DNA of 41,281 nt, from assembly GCA_023265015.1 (NCBI GenBank), contig JAHFUO010000001.1:7091-48371 (forward strand), read 5' to 3'. Source of the stretch: Acidobacteriota bacterium (GTDB taxonomy: Bacteria > Acidobacteriota > Vicinamibacteria > Vicinamibacterales > UBA2999). The position numbers were made by a program, and so were the translations under genes. Numbering within the stretch: the first letter of the stretch is position 1; each line of letters opens with the position of its first letter. The notes beneath the pieces were generated by a model. That model had not been told where the DNA came from. It did not search any database and saw only the letters and a program-made list of their open reading frames with translations. Of the stretch, positions 1 to 9,214 are shown piece after piece.

Positions 1-895
1 AGGCCGCCAGGGCGTCGTCCCAGCGCCCTGCGGGCAGATAAATGACGCCCAGATTGACGTAACTCTCCGCGTTGGACGGATTGACGCGGATCGCCTGCCT
101 GAACAGGTCGATCGCCGCCTCGTACCGGCCCTGCTGATACCGGGTTACGCCAAGATTGTTCAACGCCTTCTCGTACTTCGGATCGAGCTTCAGGGCCGCG
201 TCGAACGCCTCCACCGCCTCGTCGACACGGCCGCTCTGCCTGAGGGCGATGCCGAGGTTGTTGAACAGTCCAGGATTCCGAGGATCTGCTTCAATTCCCC
301 TACGGTATTGTTCGATCGCCCGTGCCAGATCGCCGCGCTGCTGATCGCCGAGTCCGGCGGCCATCGCTTCGGCCCCCTGCTTGGTTCGGTCAACGTGCAC
401 TTCCACCGCCGGCGCCGCAGCAGGCGAAGGGGGCGCGACCACACTGGGTTGCGCAGCAGCCGGCGGAGACAGGGAAGGAACAGGAGTCGCCGGGGCCCGC
501 CCTCCAATTCTCCGCGGCACTCCCGCCCGGCTGGATCGTGGATTCGCCGTTCCCCTCGCGCCTGCCGCGGTTTCGCTCGCCGGCCCACCTGTTGCCTCAG
601 GCGGATTCGATGGCGTTGGCGTGCTGGTGGGCGGTAGTGTCTCGACCACCAGCAACGGCGGCGCCAGTGCGGGCGTCCTCGGATTCTCACGAACGAGGCG
701 TCCGCTGATCAGCCATGCCCCGACTCCGGCAACGGCCGCCACAGCGATCAACCCACCGATGACGCGCCAGATGCGTCCAGAATGATCCCTGGATGCTGCG
801 AGCCCGGGAAGTGGACTCCGGCTTGCCGACAACGGAGGCAGCCGTCGTGCGGCGCCTTCCTGGGCCCGCTTGAGCGCATCGACGATCAGGCTCAC
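1..895 (-). CDS. TPR-repeat membrane-anchored protein, MshN-like (3' end runs off the window)
   Basis: Not in the ORF track, so translated by hand. GTG at 895 overlaps the upstream stop (GTGA). Reads MSLIVDALKRAQEG..., then a TM segment (VIGGLIAVAAVAGVGAWLI), a Pro/Ala-rich linker and TPRs (LFNNLGIALRQSGRVDEAVEAFDAALKLDP; ALNNLGVTRYQQGRYEAAIDLFRQAIRVNP). Open to position 1. Confidence 0.85.
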   Translation of the reverse strand, partial: MSLIVDALKRAQEGAARRLPPLSASRSPLPGLAASRDHSGRIWRVIGGLIAVAAVAGVGAWLISGRLVRENPRTPALAPPLLVVETLPPTSTPTPSNPPEATGGPASETAAGARGTANPRSSRAGVPRRIGGRAPATPVPSLSPPAAAQPSVVAPPSPAAAPAVEVHVDRTKQGAEAMAAGLGDQQRGDLARAIEQYRRGIEADPRNPGLFNNLGIALRQSGRVDEAVEAFDAALKLDPKYEKALNNLGVTRYQQGRYEAAIDLFRQAIRVNPSNAESYVNLGVIYLPAGRWDDALAA

Positions 896-2142
896 GGGAC
901 GGACCCGTTGTCGTCGCGTGTCCGGACGATCCTGGCGTCGGCGAACCCCTCTTGGCTCGCCAACCCATCGCGCACCTGTTGCGCCTGGGCCATGTCAGCG
1001 AAATGGCCGACGAGTACGCTGTACGCCTCAGTGGTCCCCTGTTCCGAGTTGCGTGCGACAACCGTGCTGAATCCACGGCCGGCAAGACGGCTTTCCACTT
1101 CTCGCGCCGCCGGTTCGGTCGGGAAGTTGCCGACGAGGACGGCAAACCGAGACCCCGCCGCAGGAGTCGTCGGGGAAGCCGCAGACACCGCCGGCACCGC
1201 GGAGCGGCCGACGGGCGGGACGAGCGCGCGATCCTTCGTGACGATCCAGGCGGCCGCCGCCCCCGTGAGCAGCGCACATACCAGGACAACGAAAAGAGCA
1301 CGCCGAGCGAAAAATCCCCTCGTCCGGTGACCCGCCCCATCATCGACGAGGCTCCGGATCCCCGCTTGCGCCCGGCGCCCCGTGATCTCGCGCGATTGAT
1401 CGGTGTAGCCTTGAAGGAGCGCACGGTCCGCAGCAAGGTTGACGAGACGCGGAATACCTTGTGAGTGGCGGTAGATTGCGCGCAGGGCGCCGGACGAGAA
1501 CGAGACTCCGGTGGCGCCACCGGCCACCATCAGCCGGTGATACACGTACTGGCACGTCTCCTGGAACGACAGCGGCGTGAGCCGGTAGCGAACGGAGACC
1601 CGCTGGTTCAACTGCTTGAGCTCCGGCGACGCGAGATGCTTGAGCAGATCGAGCTGACCGACGAGGATAATCTGAATCAACTTGTCGCGCTCGGTTTCCA
1701 GGTTCGAGAGGAGCCGAATCTGTTCGAGGAGTACGTGCGACAGGTTTTGCGCCTCATCGACGATCAGCACGGCCCGCCGGCCAGCCGTAACGGTTCGGAT
1801 CAGGAATTCATTGAGCTCGGCGATGAGCTCGTTCTTCGTGTGTCCGGCAGCGCTCAAACCAAAATCGCGAAGAATCGTCCGAAGCAACTCGTCTTCCGAC
1901 AGGATCGGGTTCAGGACGACCGCTGTAGTCATCCCCTCATCGACTTGCAGGAGAATCGCGCGGCAGAGCGTCGTCTTGCCGGTGCCGACGTCGCCGGTGA
2001 TGACGATGAACCCCTCGCGCTCGCGGATTCCGTACAACAGGTGATCGAGCGCCTCGCGATGTACACGGCTCGGGTAGAAATATCTCGGGTCCGGCGTCAG
2101 TGCGAATGGTTTCTCTTTGAAACCGAAGAAGGTCTCGTACAT
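892..2142 (-). CDS. ExeA/GspA/MshM-family AAA ATPase with TM helix and C-terminal SPOR domain
   Basis: MYETFFGFKEKPFALTPDP N-terminus, Walker A GDVGTGKTT, Walker B LIVDEAQNL, IILVGQ, GIPRLVN, TM segment, then SPOR-like FAVLVGNF...YSVLVGHFAD. Confidence 0.92.
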   Translation of the reverse strand: MYETFFGFKEKPFALTPDPRYFYPSRVHREALDHLLYGIREREGFIVITGDVGTGKTTLCRAILLQVDEGMTTAVVLNPILSEDELLRTILRDFGLSAAGHTKNELIAELNEFLIRTVTAGRRAVLIVDEAQNLSHVLLEQIRLLSNLETERDKLIQIILVGQLDLLKHLASPELKQLNQRVSVRYRLTPLSFQETCQYVYHRLMVAGGATGVSFSSGALRAIYRHSQGIPRLVNLAADRALLQGYTDQSREITGRRAQAGIRSLVDDGAGHRTRGFFARRALFVVLVCALLTGAAAAWIVTKDRALVPPVGRSAVPAVSAASPTTPAAGSRFAVLVGNFPTEPAAREVESRLAGRGFSTVVARNSEQGTTEAYSVLVGHFADMAQAQQVRDGLASQEGFADARIVRTRDDNGSVP

Positions 2143-2157
2143 CCCAGTTCCGCGCCT

Positions 2158-3729
2158 TCAGCGGTTGTCACTCGTCTGACGGAGCATGTCCAGCTCTCGG
2201 GGCGTCAACTCCGAGTCACCACGCCCGACGAGCACCGTCGGCGTCAGGAGGATCACCAGCTCGACCTTCGAGTCGCTGTCGTCATCAGTCCTGAAAGCCC
2301 GGCCGACCACCGGGGCCCGCTGGAGTCCCGGTACACCCGATCGATTGCGCGAGGATCGCTGCTGCATCAGGCCGCCGATGACGACCGTCTGTCCGTCACG
2401 GACGCGAACGACGGTATCGGTGGCGCGGACCGCCAGAATCGGAACGACGTCCCCGGTGGCAGACCTTGCCTCGCCGAGTCGCTCTGAAATGCTGGGCCTG
2501 ATGTTCATCGTGATGGCGTCGGCCCCGATCTGGGGGGTCACGTCCAGCACAAGGCCCTCGGTCATCGTGTTCGGCGTGACCGTTTGCGTCACCACCCCCG
2601 TCAATGGTTCGCGCTGCGTTGTCTGCGAAAAGAACACATCTTCGGTCGCGACCTTGATGACGGCCTTCTGGTTGTTGAGTGTCGAGATCTTCGGGCTGGA
2701 AAGGATCGAAACCGTGCCCTGCTGCTCGAGGGCCGCGAGGAGGGCCTGAAGACCGCTCTGCGCCGCCACGCCGATTTGGAAGGCCGATCCCGTGGGCGCA
2801 CCAGTCTGGGCAGCGATGGCGCCGCCGGTCAGTGTCCCCGCTATGGCACCCAGGAGCGGGAGGTCGAGTCGATACGGGATCAGGCTCCAGTTGATTCCCG
2901 CGCGGAAGTTCTTCGAGAGAGTGACTTCGACGATCTTCGCCTCGATCATGACCTGGCGCTGCACGGCACCCTGCGCAAGATCGATGTATCGTGCGACCTG
3001 CATGATGTTGGGAGGATAGTCCGTCACGGCCACCAACCCAGCGGTCTGACTGATCACGATCTTGCCCTCCATCGACAGAAACGTCGTCAGTGTCCGCTGC
3101 AGCTCGCCCCAGAAATCGATGTTGTCGCTGGACCCGACCGAACTGGTCGATCCCCCGGCTGCGCCGCGATTCGCGACCGAATTCGCGGCCGTGCCGCCCA
3201 ACAGCGTGCCCCCAACTCCGGTCGCTCCTCCGCCGGTCGAGCCCGCTGTTGCGGAGAGCGAACTTGCGCCGGTCCGCGTGGACGCGATGTAATTCACCGC
3301 AAAGATACGCGTGGTCAGTTGCGGCTTCGACGCGCGGATCACGTTACCTTCGCGCTGGTACACAAGTCCGATCGGCGTCAGCATCGCGTCGAGCATCTCG
3401 TCCAGCGTCACTTGCTTCAGATCCACCGTGATGGCGCCATCGACGCCCGGCGCCAGAACGAAGCTGATGTCGGTGGATTGGCCCAGCGTACGCAGCACGT
3501 CACGGATACTCTGATTCTGCACGGCGATCGAGTAGAGTTGCCGCGGTGCCGCGGGGACCTGCTGCTGCTCGATCTGCACAGCGGGGAGCTCAGGCAAGGA
3601 TTGGACGGACGCCGGCGCGGGCCGCGGCGCCGGCGCGGACGCCACGCGTGTCGCGCCGCCCCGCGAGGCGCACCCGGTCCCGAGCGCCACTATCGTCCAG
3701 AGCCACACAAGACTCGCGTACGCTTTCAT
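2158..3729 (-). CDS. mshL: Secretin, MshL-type (lipoprotein signal)
   Basis: Lipobox-like LGTGC, STN-like domain, FAVNYI followed by a Ser/Thr/Gly-rich insert typical of MshL, QVMIEAKIVEV, LSSPKISTLNNQKAVIKV, GQTVVIGGL, KVELVILLTP. Confidence 0.88.
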   Translation of the reverse strand: MKAYASLVWLWTIVALGTGCASRGGATRVASAPAPRPAPASVQSLPELPAVQIEQQQVPAAPRQLYSIAVQNQSIRDVLRTLGQSTDISFVLAPGVDGAITVDLKQVTLDEMLDAMLTPIGLVYQREGNVIRASKPQLTTRIFAVNYIASTRTGASSLSATAGSTGGGATGVGGTLLGGTAANSVANRGAAGGSTSSVGSSDNIDFWGELQRTLTTFLSMEGKIVISQTAGLVAVTDYPPNIMQVARYIDLAQGAVQRQVMIEAKIVEVTLSKNFRAGINWSLIPYRLDLPLLGAIAGTLTGGAIAAQTGAPTGSAFQIGVAAQSGLQALLAALEQQGTVSILSSPKISTLNNQKAVIKVATEDVFFSQTTQREPLTGVVTQTVTPNTMTEGLVLDVTPQIGADAITMNIRPSISERLGEARSATGDVVPILAVRATDTVVRVRDGQTVVIGGLMQQRSSRNRSGVPGLQRAPVVGRAFRTDDDSDSKVELVILLTPTVLVGRGDSELTPRELDMLRQTSDNR

Positions 3730-4283
3730 CGGGTCCTTTCGGGTTGTATTTGGGGGCCGCTCGAGCCGCTTGTCGCCAGCACGGCGCCTGTCGCCAGCTC
3801 CAGCCGGCGCCTCGCGCCGCTATGCTCGAGCACAACCTCATTACGGCGAATCTCGATGACGCGCTCGTCACCGAGCATGTCTCCGACTTTGACGATTTGA
3901 TCTCCAATCAACGCCCTGCCTTGCGACCCTGTCAGCAACACCAGCTTGACGGTGTACTCCGGCGGCGCAGGACGGCTGGCGGGAGCCACAGTTTGCCGCT
4001 TCGCGACAGGCGGCCGGCTCATCTCGGCAATTTCGGCCATTGTGAAAAACGGGTCGCGCGGTGCGCCGGCGAGCCGTCCTCTCCAGGCTGTCCACTCTTG
4101 CTCGGAGAGCGGAGGCGCCGCGGGAGCCGCCGCCTCAGCCGCTTGAGCATTTCCCTGGCCGACATTGACGGGCGCGCGCGTCGCGGCCGACTTCACCGGC
4201 GCGCCTGCGGGCCAGAGGCCGTAGATCGTCGTGAGCGTGCTGCCGGCCAGCATGGCCCAGAGCATGGCACGGCGGCGATCCAT
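3726..4283 (-). CDS. Pilus assembly protein, MshK/PilP-like
   Basis: N-terminal hydrophobic segment, RDPF motif, and a beta-rich C-terminus RALIGDQIVKVGDMLGDERVIEIRRNEVVL. Lies directly upstream of the secretin. ATG 4283 chosen over the ORF-track GTG 4298. Confidence 0.7.
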   Translation of the reverse strand: MDRRRAMLWAMLAGSTLTTIYGLWPAGAPVKSAATRAPVNVGQGNAQAAEAAAPAAPPLSEQEWTAWRGRLAGAPRDPFFTMAEIAEMSRPPVAKRQTVAPASRPAPPEYTVKLVLLTGSQGRALIGDQIVKVGDMLGDERVIEIRRNEVVLEHSGARRRLELATGAVLATSGSSGPQIQPERTR

Positions 4284-4285
4284 CT

Positions 4286-4870
4286 TCACTTCGTCCACCT
4301 GAGCGACATCAGCTGGATGTCGCTCTCCAGAGAATCGCCGACGCGGCTGGCGTCGAGTGACCGCACGGCGAGATACGGGTTGTTGTGGCCAACGCGGTCG
4401 AGAAAGTCGATCAGATCCCGGTAACCGTGGCGCGCGGTTAGTCTGATGATTCCCGGATTGACGGTCGTATTCGCCGGCATCGCAAACGGCAGTGTGACGA
4501 CCTGCTCCGTGTTGCCGGCTGCAGATGGCTGCGCGCCGCCAGGGCCCTGCAGCTGGAGACCCGTGACGCTGAGCCCCGTCGCGCGCGCCAGTCGCGCCAT
4601 CTGCACAAGGAGTCGAAGCTGATCGTCAGGCGCGACGAACCGCTCGCGCACGTGCGTTTCGATCTCCTGCCATGACGCACGTTCCGCGTCGCTGATCGGA
4701 GGAGCGGGCACGGCCGTTGCCAGTCGTGAAGCCGCGTCGAGCTGAGACTCGAGCTCAGCGATCGCGCGGCGCTTCGACGCCACCAGTCCCTCGTACCCTC
4801 CGACCGCGATCACGAGGACGACGGCAACAGCCACGAGCGCCGCGGTCGTCACTGGAAGCGGCCTGATCAT
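4286..4870 (-). CDS. PilO/MshJ/GspM-like inner-membrane assembly protein
   Basis: Single N-terminal TM, coiled coil, LARATGLSVTGL and GYRDLIDFLDRV (PilO-like 'G.Y..L..FL'), and operon position. Confidence 0.7.
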   Translation of the reverse strand: MIRPLPVTTAALVAVAVVLVIAVGGYEGLVASKRRAIAELESQLDAASRLATAVPAPPISDAERASWQEIETHVRERFVAPDDQLRLLVQMARLARATGLSVTGLQLQGPGGAQPSAAGNTEQVVTLPFAMPANTTVNPGIIRLTARHGYRDLIDFLDRVGHNNPYLAVRSLDASRVGDSLESDIQLMSLRWTK

Positions 4871-6438
4871 GAAAGTCTCCGCAGCTTCGCGACCACGACA
4901 AACATGAGCGGGCGGGCGGTCTTCCCGTTCGTCGCCGACGCGCTCGCCGCATCCGCGCCGGTACCGTCGGTAGCCGAACGCTCCGCCTCTTTGGTGGACG
5001 CTGGCGCGTCTTCGCGCAACGTCGCCTGGATCTCCACCGAATGGAACAGCGGCGAGCTGCGAAGGTCGTAATAGAACTCGTTGAGAGACTGCTGCGCCTC
5101 GGTGAAATCGTCCTGGTCCACGCGACCGCTCAGGCTGAATACGTATCCCTGACCATCGAGCGACATCACGAGCTCGTCGAGGCGGAGGTCAGCAGGTGCC
5201 AGGCGCGCGAACTCCCGCAGTGCGTCTGCCGGCGGGAGCAGATGCAGAGGATCGCCGGTGAGCAGACGCGCGAACTCCCGCATGTGTTGCCGTTCGGCCT
5301 CGGCGCGCACGGCTGTATCCACACGCGCTTGAGCCGCCTGACGGGCCGCCAGCGAGCGCGAGAGGCGTCCGCGAAGATCCCGCTCGCGCTGCGTCAACCA
5401 CACGGCACTCGACCCGAGCAGCAGCGCCAGCACCACGCCGGCGGCCACCGCCGCGGAGATGATCTGACGGGAGCGCCGTTGCACGACGAGCGCGTGCGGG
5501 AGAAGGTTCGGCGCCTCGCCGGCGCTGAGCACGGCCGCACCGTAGGCCAGCGTGAACACCCCGGCCGCCATGTCGCCCGCGGCATCCGCAGGCAGTTGCG
5601 GCGCCAGCAACGCGTTCAAGTTCGTCATCATCAGACGCAGGCGTTCGGCCAGCTCGCCGCCGGCGAACAGGCGGCGAGCGCCCGCCGCGCCAGCGACGGA
5701 CACCATCACGTGCTCGACGCGTTCGCCCTTCGAGACGACCGCGTGGCGGCGGATAGAACGTTCGATTTCCACCGGGATCCAGTCGAACGGGTCGAGGTCA
5801 GCCGCCGGAGGTTCGATGACGCGAGCAAACTTCAACACGCCGTCGGAGACCACGACGATGGTCAACGTCGAAACGCTCCAATGCACGAGCGCGGTGGGCC
5901 GATCCAGTGGCGTTGGCGTGAGCCCACGGGCGGCAGCGATGAGCGCGAGCGGACCCGTGGTCACGACTCGTGGCACGATGCGTTCGCGCACGAAGGGCTC
6001 GAGCGCTTGCTGAAGTCGACTCGGCGAAGCCGTGACGACGAGCACTTCGTCCTGTGGCAGCCCGTCCACGGCGATCCGGCGTGCGGAGTGCCAGGCAACG
6101 GTCTTCGTTTCATCTCCGTCGCGCGAGGTCTCACGCCGCACGACCTCCGACCGCTCCGCCGCCGTCATTGGCGGCAGCAGGAGCGTCCGAGGGACATGAT
6201 CGGGCTCGCAGAGCACGAGGTGAACCGGGGTACCGCCAGTGCGTCCCTCGCCGAGCAACGCGCGGATCGGCGGACGGGAAGAGGCCGGCGTCGTGACACT
6301 GAATGTCCGTGCGCTGGAAATCCGTCCGCCGCGCACAGTCACCGCGATCAGCCTCTCGGAAGCGGCCTCGACGCCGAGACACCGCCTCCATACCGGGCCC
6401 GGCAGGCGGGAGCCGCCGATGTCCGGCGCGGCCTTCAC
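4867..6438 (-). CDS. PilM-PilN fusion (MshI/GspL-like)
   Basis: Actin-like PilM features (LGVEAAS, ALVHWSVSTLTIVVVSDGVLKFARVI), then NLLP + TM + coiled coil + PilN-like PADLRLDEL...LSGRV...LRSSPLFHSVEI. Probable start is GTG 6438, just after the ATPase stop; the ORF track extends it to 6555. Confidence 0.7.
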   Translation of the reverse strand: MKAAPDIGGSRLPGPVWRRCLGVEAASERLIAVTVRGGRISSARTFSVTTPASSRPPIRALLGEGRTGGTPVHLVLCEPDHVPRTLLLPPMTAAERSEVVRRETSRDGDETKTVAWHSARRIAVDGLPQDEVLVVTASPSRLQQALEPFVRERIVPRVVTTGPLALIAAARGLTPTPLDRPTALVHWSVSTLTIVVVSDGVLKFARVIEPPAADLDPFDWIPVEIERSIRRHAVVSKGERVEHVMVSVAGAAGARRLFAGGELAERLRLMMTNLNALLAPQLPADAAGDMAAGVFTLAYGAAVLSAGEAPNLLPHALVVQRRSRQIISAAVAAGVVLALLLGSSAVWLTQRERDLRGRLSRSLAARQAAQARVDTAVRAEAERQHMREFARLLTGDPLHLLPPADALREFARLAPADLRLDELVMSLDGQGYVFSLSGRVDQDDFTEAQQSLNEFYYDLRSSPLFHSVEIQATLREDAPASTKEAERSATDGTGADAASASATNGKTARPLMFVVVAKLRRLS

Positions 6439-6442
6439 GCGC

Positions 6443-8140
6443 TCACTCGGTGAAGACGGCACGCACGACCTCGTCCACACTCGTGATACCGGCCTCGACC
6501 TTCGCGAGCGCATGATCCAGCATCGGCACCATCGCGTGTTTCTCGATGGCCGCACGCTTCACTGTCTCGGGATTCGAAGCCGCGGCGGTTGCCTGACGCA
6601 GCAACTCTTGCGAGACGAGCTCGAACACGCCGAGTCTTCCTCGGTATCCCGTCCCGTTGCACGACGCGCAACCCTTCCCGATAAAGGTCGCCGACACGCG
6701 ACTCGCCATCTCACCGAGGCGGCCGACGCCGGCCTGCTCGGGCGTGACGCGCGCCTTGCAGTGTGGACAGATCACGCGCACGAGTCGCTGGGCCAGCACG
6801 CCAACGAGCGAAGACGAGATCAGATACGCCGGCACGCCCATATCCAACAACCTCGGGATGGCGCCCAGCGCGTCGTTGGTATGCAGCGTGGAGAACACGA
6901 GGTGGCCGGTCATTGCCGAGCGAATCGCAATCTCGGCCGTCTCGACATCACGCATCTCGCCGACCAGGATGACGTCAGGGTCCTGACGCAGCAGCGCCCG
7001 GAGTCCGACCACGAACGTCAGGCCCGATCGAGGGTTGATCTGCGTCTGCCGGACTCCAGGAAGTTCGTATTCGACCGGATCTTCGAGCGTGACGATATTC
7101 CTCTCGACGGAGTTGATCTCGGCGAGCGCCGAATAGAGCGTCGTCGTCTTGCCGGAGCCAGTCGGCCCCGTGACCAGGAACAAGCCGTGGGGACGCGTGA
7201 TACAGCGCCGAAACGCGACCAGTTCCGCCGCCGACATTCCCAGGGTGTCAAGGCCGAAGCTGCGAGTCTTGTCGAGCACACGGATGGCGACGTTCTCGCC
7301 ATGGATGGTTGGAAAGACGGACACTCGAAGATCGAGGCGCCTGTCGTCGATCTGGTGCAGGATGCGCCCATCCTGCGGAAGCCGGTTCTCGGCGATGTTC
7401 AGGTTGGCCAGGATCTTGATCCGCGTGAGTACCGAGGAGAACATCGCTCGGGACAGCGTGGGGCCTGATCGAAGCAGGCCGTCGTGGCGGAAGCGCGTGA
7501 CGATCTTCGTTTCGGCCGGCTCGATATGAATGTCGCTCGCGCCCTCCTGGATGGCCTTTCGCAGGAGCTGTTCGACAATGAGCGTCGCAGACCGGTCCTC
7601 GACCTGTGAGTCGGGCCTGGCACTTCGTTCGGCCTCAGAAGGTCCTGAGCCAGCCACCGACCTTTCGATTATCTTGCCGAAGATTCGGTCGAGCTCTTTG
7701 AAGATCTGGTCTTCGGCCGCGGCGACGAGGGTCACGAACAGATTCGAGAGGCGGCGAAGTTCGTCGACGCCCGCAAGATTCCCGATATCAGACGTCGCCG
7801 CAGTGAGGGTGTGGCCCTCGCGCTTGAGTGGAAGCACCCGGTACATCCGAAGCAGCGACTCGGGGAAGCTACGCACCAGGTCGGTGTCGAGCGACATGGA
7901 CTCGAGGTTGATGACCTCGACCCCGGCCTGCCGGGCCAGGGCCCAGAGGATCTGATCGGCGGTGGCCGAACCAAGTCTGACGAGCGCCTGGCCGAGCAGC
8001 TCCTTTCGCGCCTTTGCTTCGCGCAAGGCTTGGTCGAGCTGTTCGCGCGTGATGACGCCGTCACTCAGCAGGCTCTCGCCCAAGAGCCGGCCAACGCTGA
8101 CAGCAAGCCGCTGGTTACTGCCTTGCTCCTGTGTGGTCAC
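6443..8140 (-). CDS. GspE/PilB/MshE-family assembly ATPase
   Basis: ASDIHIEP, RLPQDG, Walker A GPTGSGKTT, TLEDPVEY, LRQDPDVILVGEMRD, TGHLVFSTLH, CPHC...CASC zinc motif, N-terminal MshEN-like repeats. Confidence 0.95.
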   Translation of the reverse strand: MTTQEQGSNQRLAVSVGRLLGESLLSDGVITREQLDQALREAKARKELLGQALVRLGSATADQILWALARQAGVEVINLESMSLDTDLVRSFPESLLRMYRVLPLKREGHTLTAATSDIGNLAGVDELRRLSNLFVTLVAAAEDQIFKELDRIFGKIIERSVAGSGPSEAERSARPDSQVEDRSATLIVEQLLRKAIQEGASDIHIEPAETKIVTRFRHDGLLRSGPTLSRAMFSSVLTRIKILANLNIAENRLPQDGRILHQIDDRRLDLRVSVFPTIHGENVAIRVLDKTRSFGLDTLGMSAAELVAFRRCITRPHGLFLVTGPTGSGKTTTLYSALAEINSVERNIVTLEDPVEYELPGVRQTQINPRSGLTFVVGLRALLRQDPDVILVGEMRDVETAEIAIRSAMTGHLVFSTLHTNDALGAIPRLLDMGVPAYLISSSLVGVLAQRLVRVICPHCKARVTPEQAGVGRLGEMASRVSATFIGKGCASCNGTGYRGRLGVFELVSQELLRQATAAASNPETVKRAAIEKHAMVPMLDHALAKVEAGITSVDEVVRAVFTE

Positions 8141-8345
8141 AGTGTTTTCAGATTAGGATGGCCTTGCCCATCGCCATACCTTATCGTCGTTCTTGAAGTT
8201 ACACTTTAATGCTCACCATTGCACACAGCGATTGGCACACACTTCTCCATTCCGTCGACACCGTCAGATTGATTACAGAACCGTAATGAGCGTACGTGTG
8301 TGAACCCTGATGGCGCATCATGCCGGGTCGCGGGAGAATGGTGGG

Positions 8346-9197
8346 ATGTCCACGGCTTCCCTGGATCGCCGCAGGTTTCTGAGCTTGCTCGCGCTCGGAG
8401 CATTCGGCGTGGCGACCGGCCGTGTCGCTGCTCGACAACTGAATCGGATAGGGCTTCAGATGAGGAGCGTGGCCGAGGCCATCGCGGACGATCTGCCGGG
8501 TACGCTCGAGAGGATCGCCTCGATTGGATATAGGGAAGTCGAGTTCTGGACCCCGGAGGGCCTCAGCTTCGACGCGCTCGACGTGCGGCGCGTGCTCGAG
8601 CGGCTGTCACTTGCAGCGCCATCGCGCCACGTCCCAATGCCGGATCTGTTCACCAACTGGCGCGTGGTCCTCACGCAGTGCCGGGCGCTCGGTACTCGCC
8701 ATGTCGTCTGCGACGAGATTCCAGAGCAGGAACGGGCGACTCTTGACGGTTACGCGCGTGTCGCCGATCTACTGAACGCAGCAGGCAAGATCACCGAGTG
8801 GGCGGGAATTCAACTCGCGTTGCACGCGCACGAAGACGATTTCCGGCCGCGCGAAGGCATCGTGCCTTTTGATTATCTGATGAGCCACACCGACCCAGCG
8901 CTCGTGAAGTTCCAGATGGACCTGTCCGTGATGATCAGGGTCAATCGCGATCCCCTCGAAGATTTTGCCCGGTATCCGGGCCGGTTCGTCAGCGTGCATC
9001 TCCACGGTGTCGGCAGTGCGCCGGAACGGCGGCCAGTGGGTCTCGGAGAGGGCCAGATAAACTTCGCCGCCATTATCTCCAGCGCTGAACGAGCGGGCGT
9101 CCAGAACTATTTCATCGAGGACGACCGGCCGGATTCCCCGTGGGATCACGCCACGGCAAATTTCGCGTATCTGTCACATCTCGACATCAAAGAGTAA
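8346..9197 (+). CDS. Tat-exported sugar phosphate isomerase/epimerase-family (xylose isomerase-like TIM barrel) protein
   Basis: Twin-arginine signal DRRRFLSLLALGA, IGLQ, IGYREVEF, GIQLALHAH, VKFQMD, GEGQINF, YFIEDD. ATG 8346 chosen. Confidence 0.85.
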   Translation: MSTASLDRRRFLSLLALGAFGVATGRVAARQLNRIGLQMRSVAEAIADDLPGTLERIASIGYREVEFWTPEGLSFDALDVRRVLERLSLAAPSRHVPMPDLFTNWRVVLTQCRALGTRHVVCDEIPEQERATLDGYARVADLLNAAGKITEWAGIQLALHAHEDDFRPREGIVPFDYLMSHTDPALVKFQMDLSVMIRVNRDPLEDFARYPGRFVSVHLHGVGSAPERRPVGLGEGQINFAAIISSAERAGVQNYFIEDDRPDSPWDHATANFAYLSHLDIKE

Positions 9198-9214
9198 CGA
9201 GCCGCGCACCATCC

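Noticed and set aside
630-1478. ops-like GGCGGTAGnnT matches at 630-640 and 1467-1478
   Set aside because: Both are on the plus strand, antisense to the genes, inside coding sequence and far from the operon leader, so they cannot load an RfaH-type factor on these transcripts.
1465-7468. Long plus-strand ORFs (1465-2487, 2584-3900, 5041-6453, 6239-7468)
   Set aside because: Antisense shadows of well-supported minus-strand genes in high-GC DNA. They are Arg/His-rich with no recognisable motifs.
8218-8250. Possible sigma54 promoter (TTGGCAC...) in the divergent intergenic region
   Set aside because: There is no GC at the required -12 position (TGGCAC-ACACT-TCTC), so the spacing does not fit.
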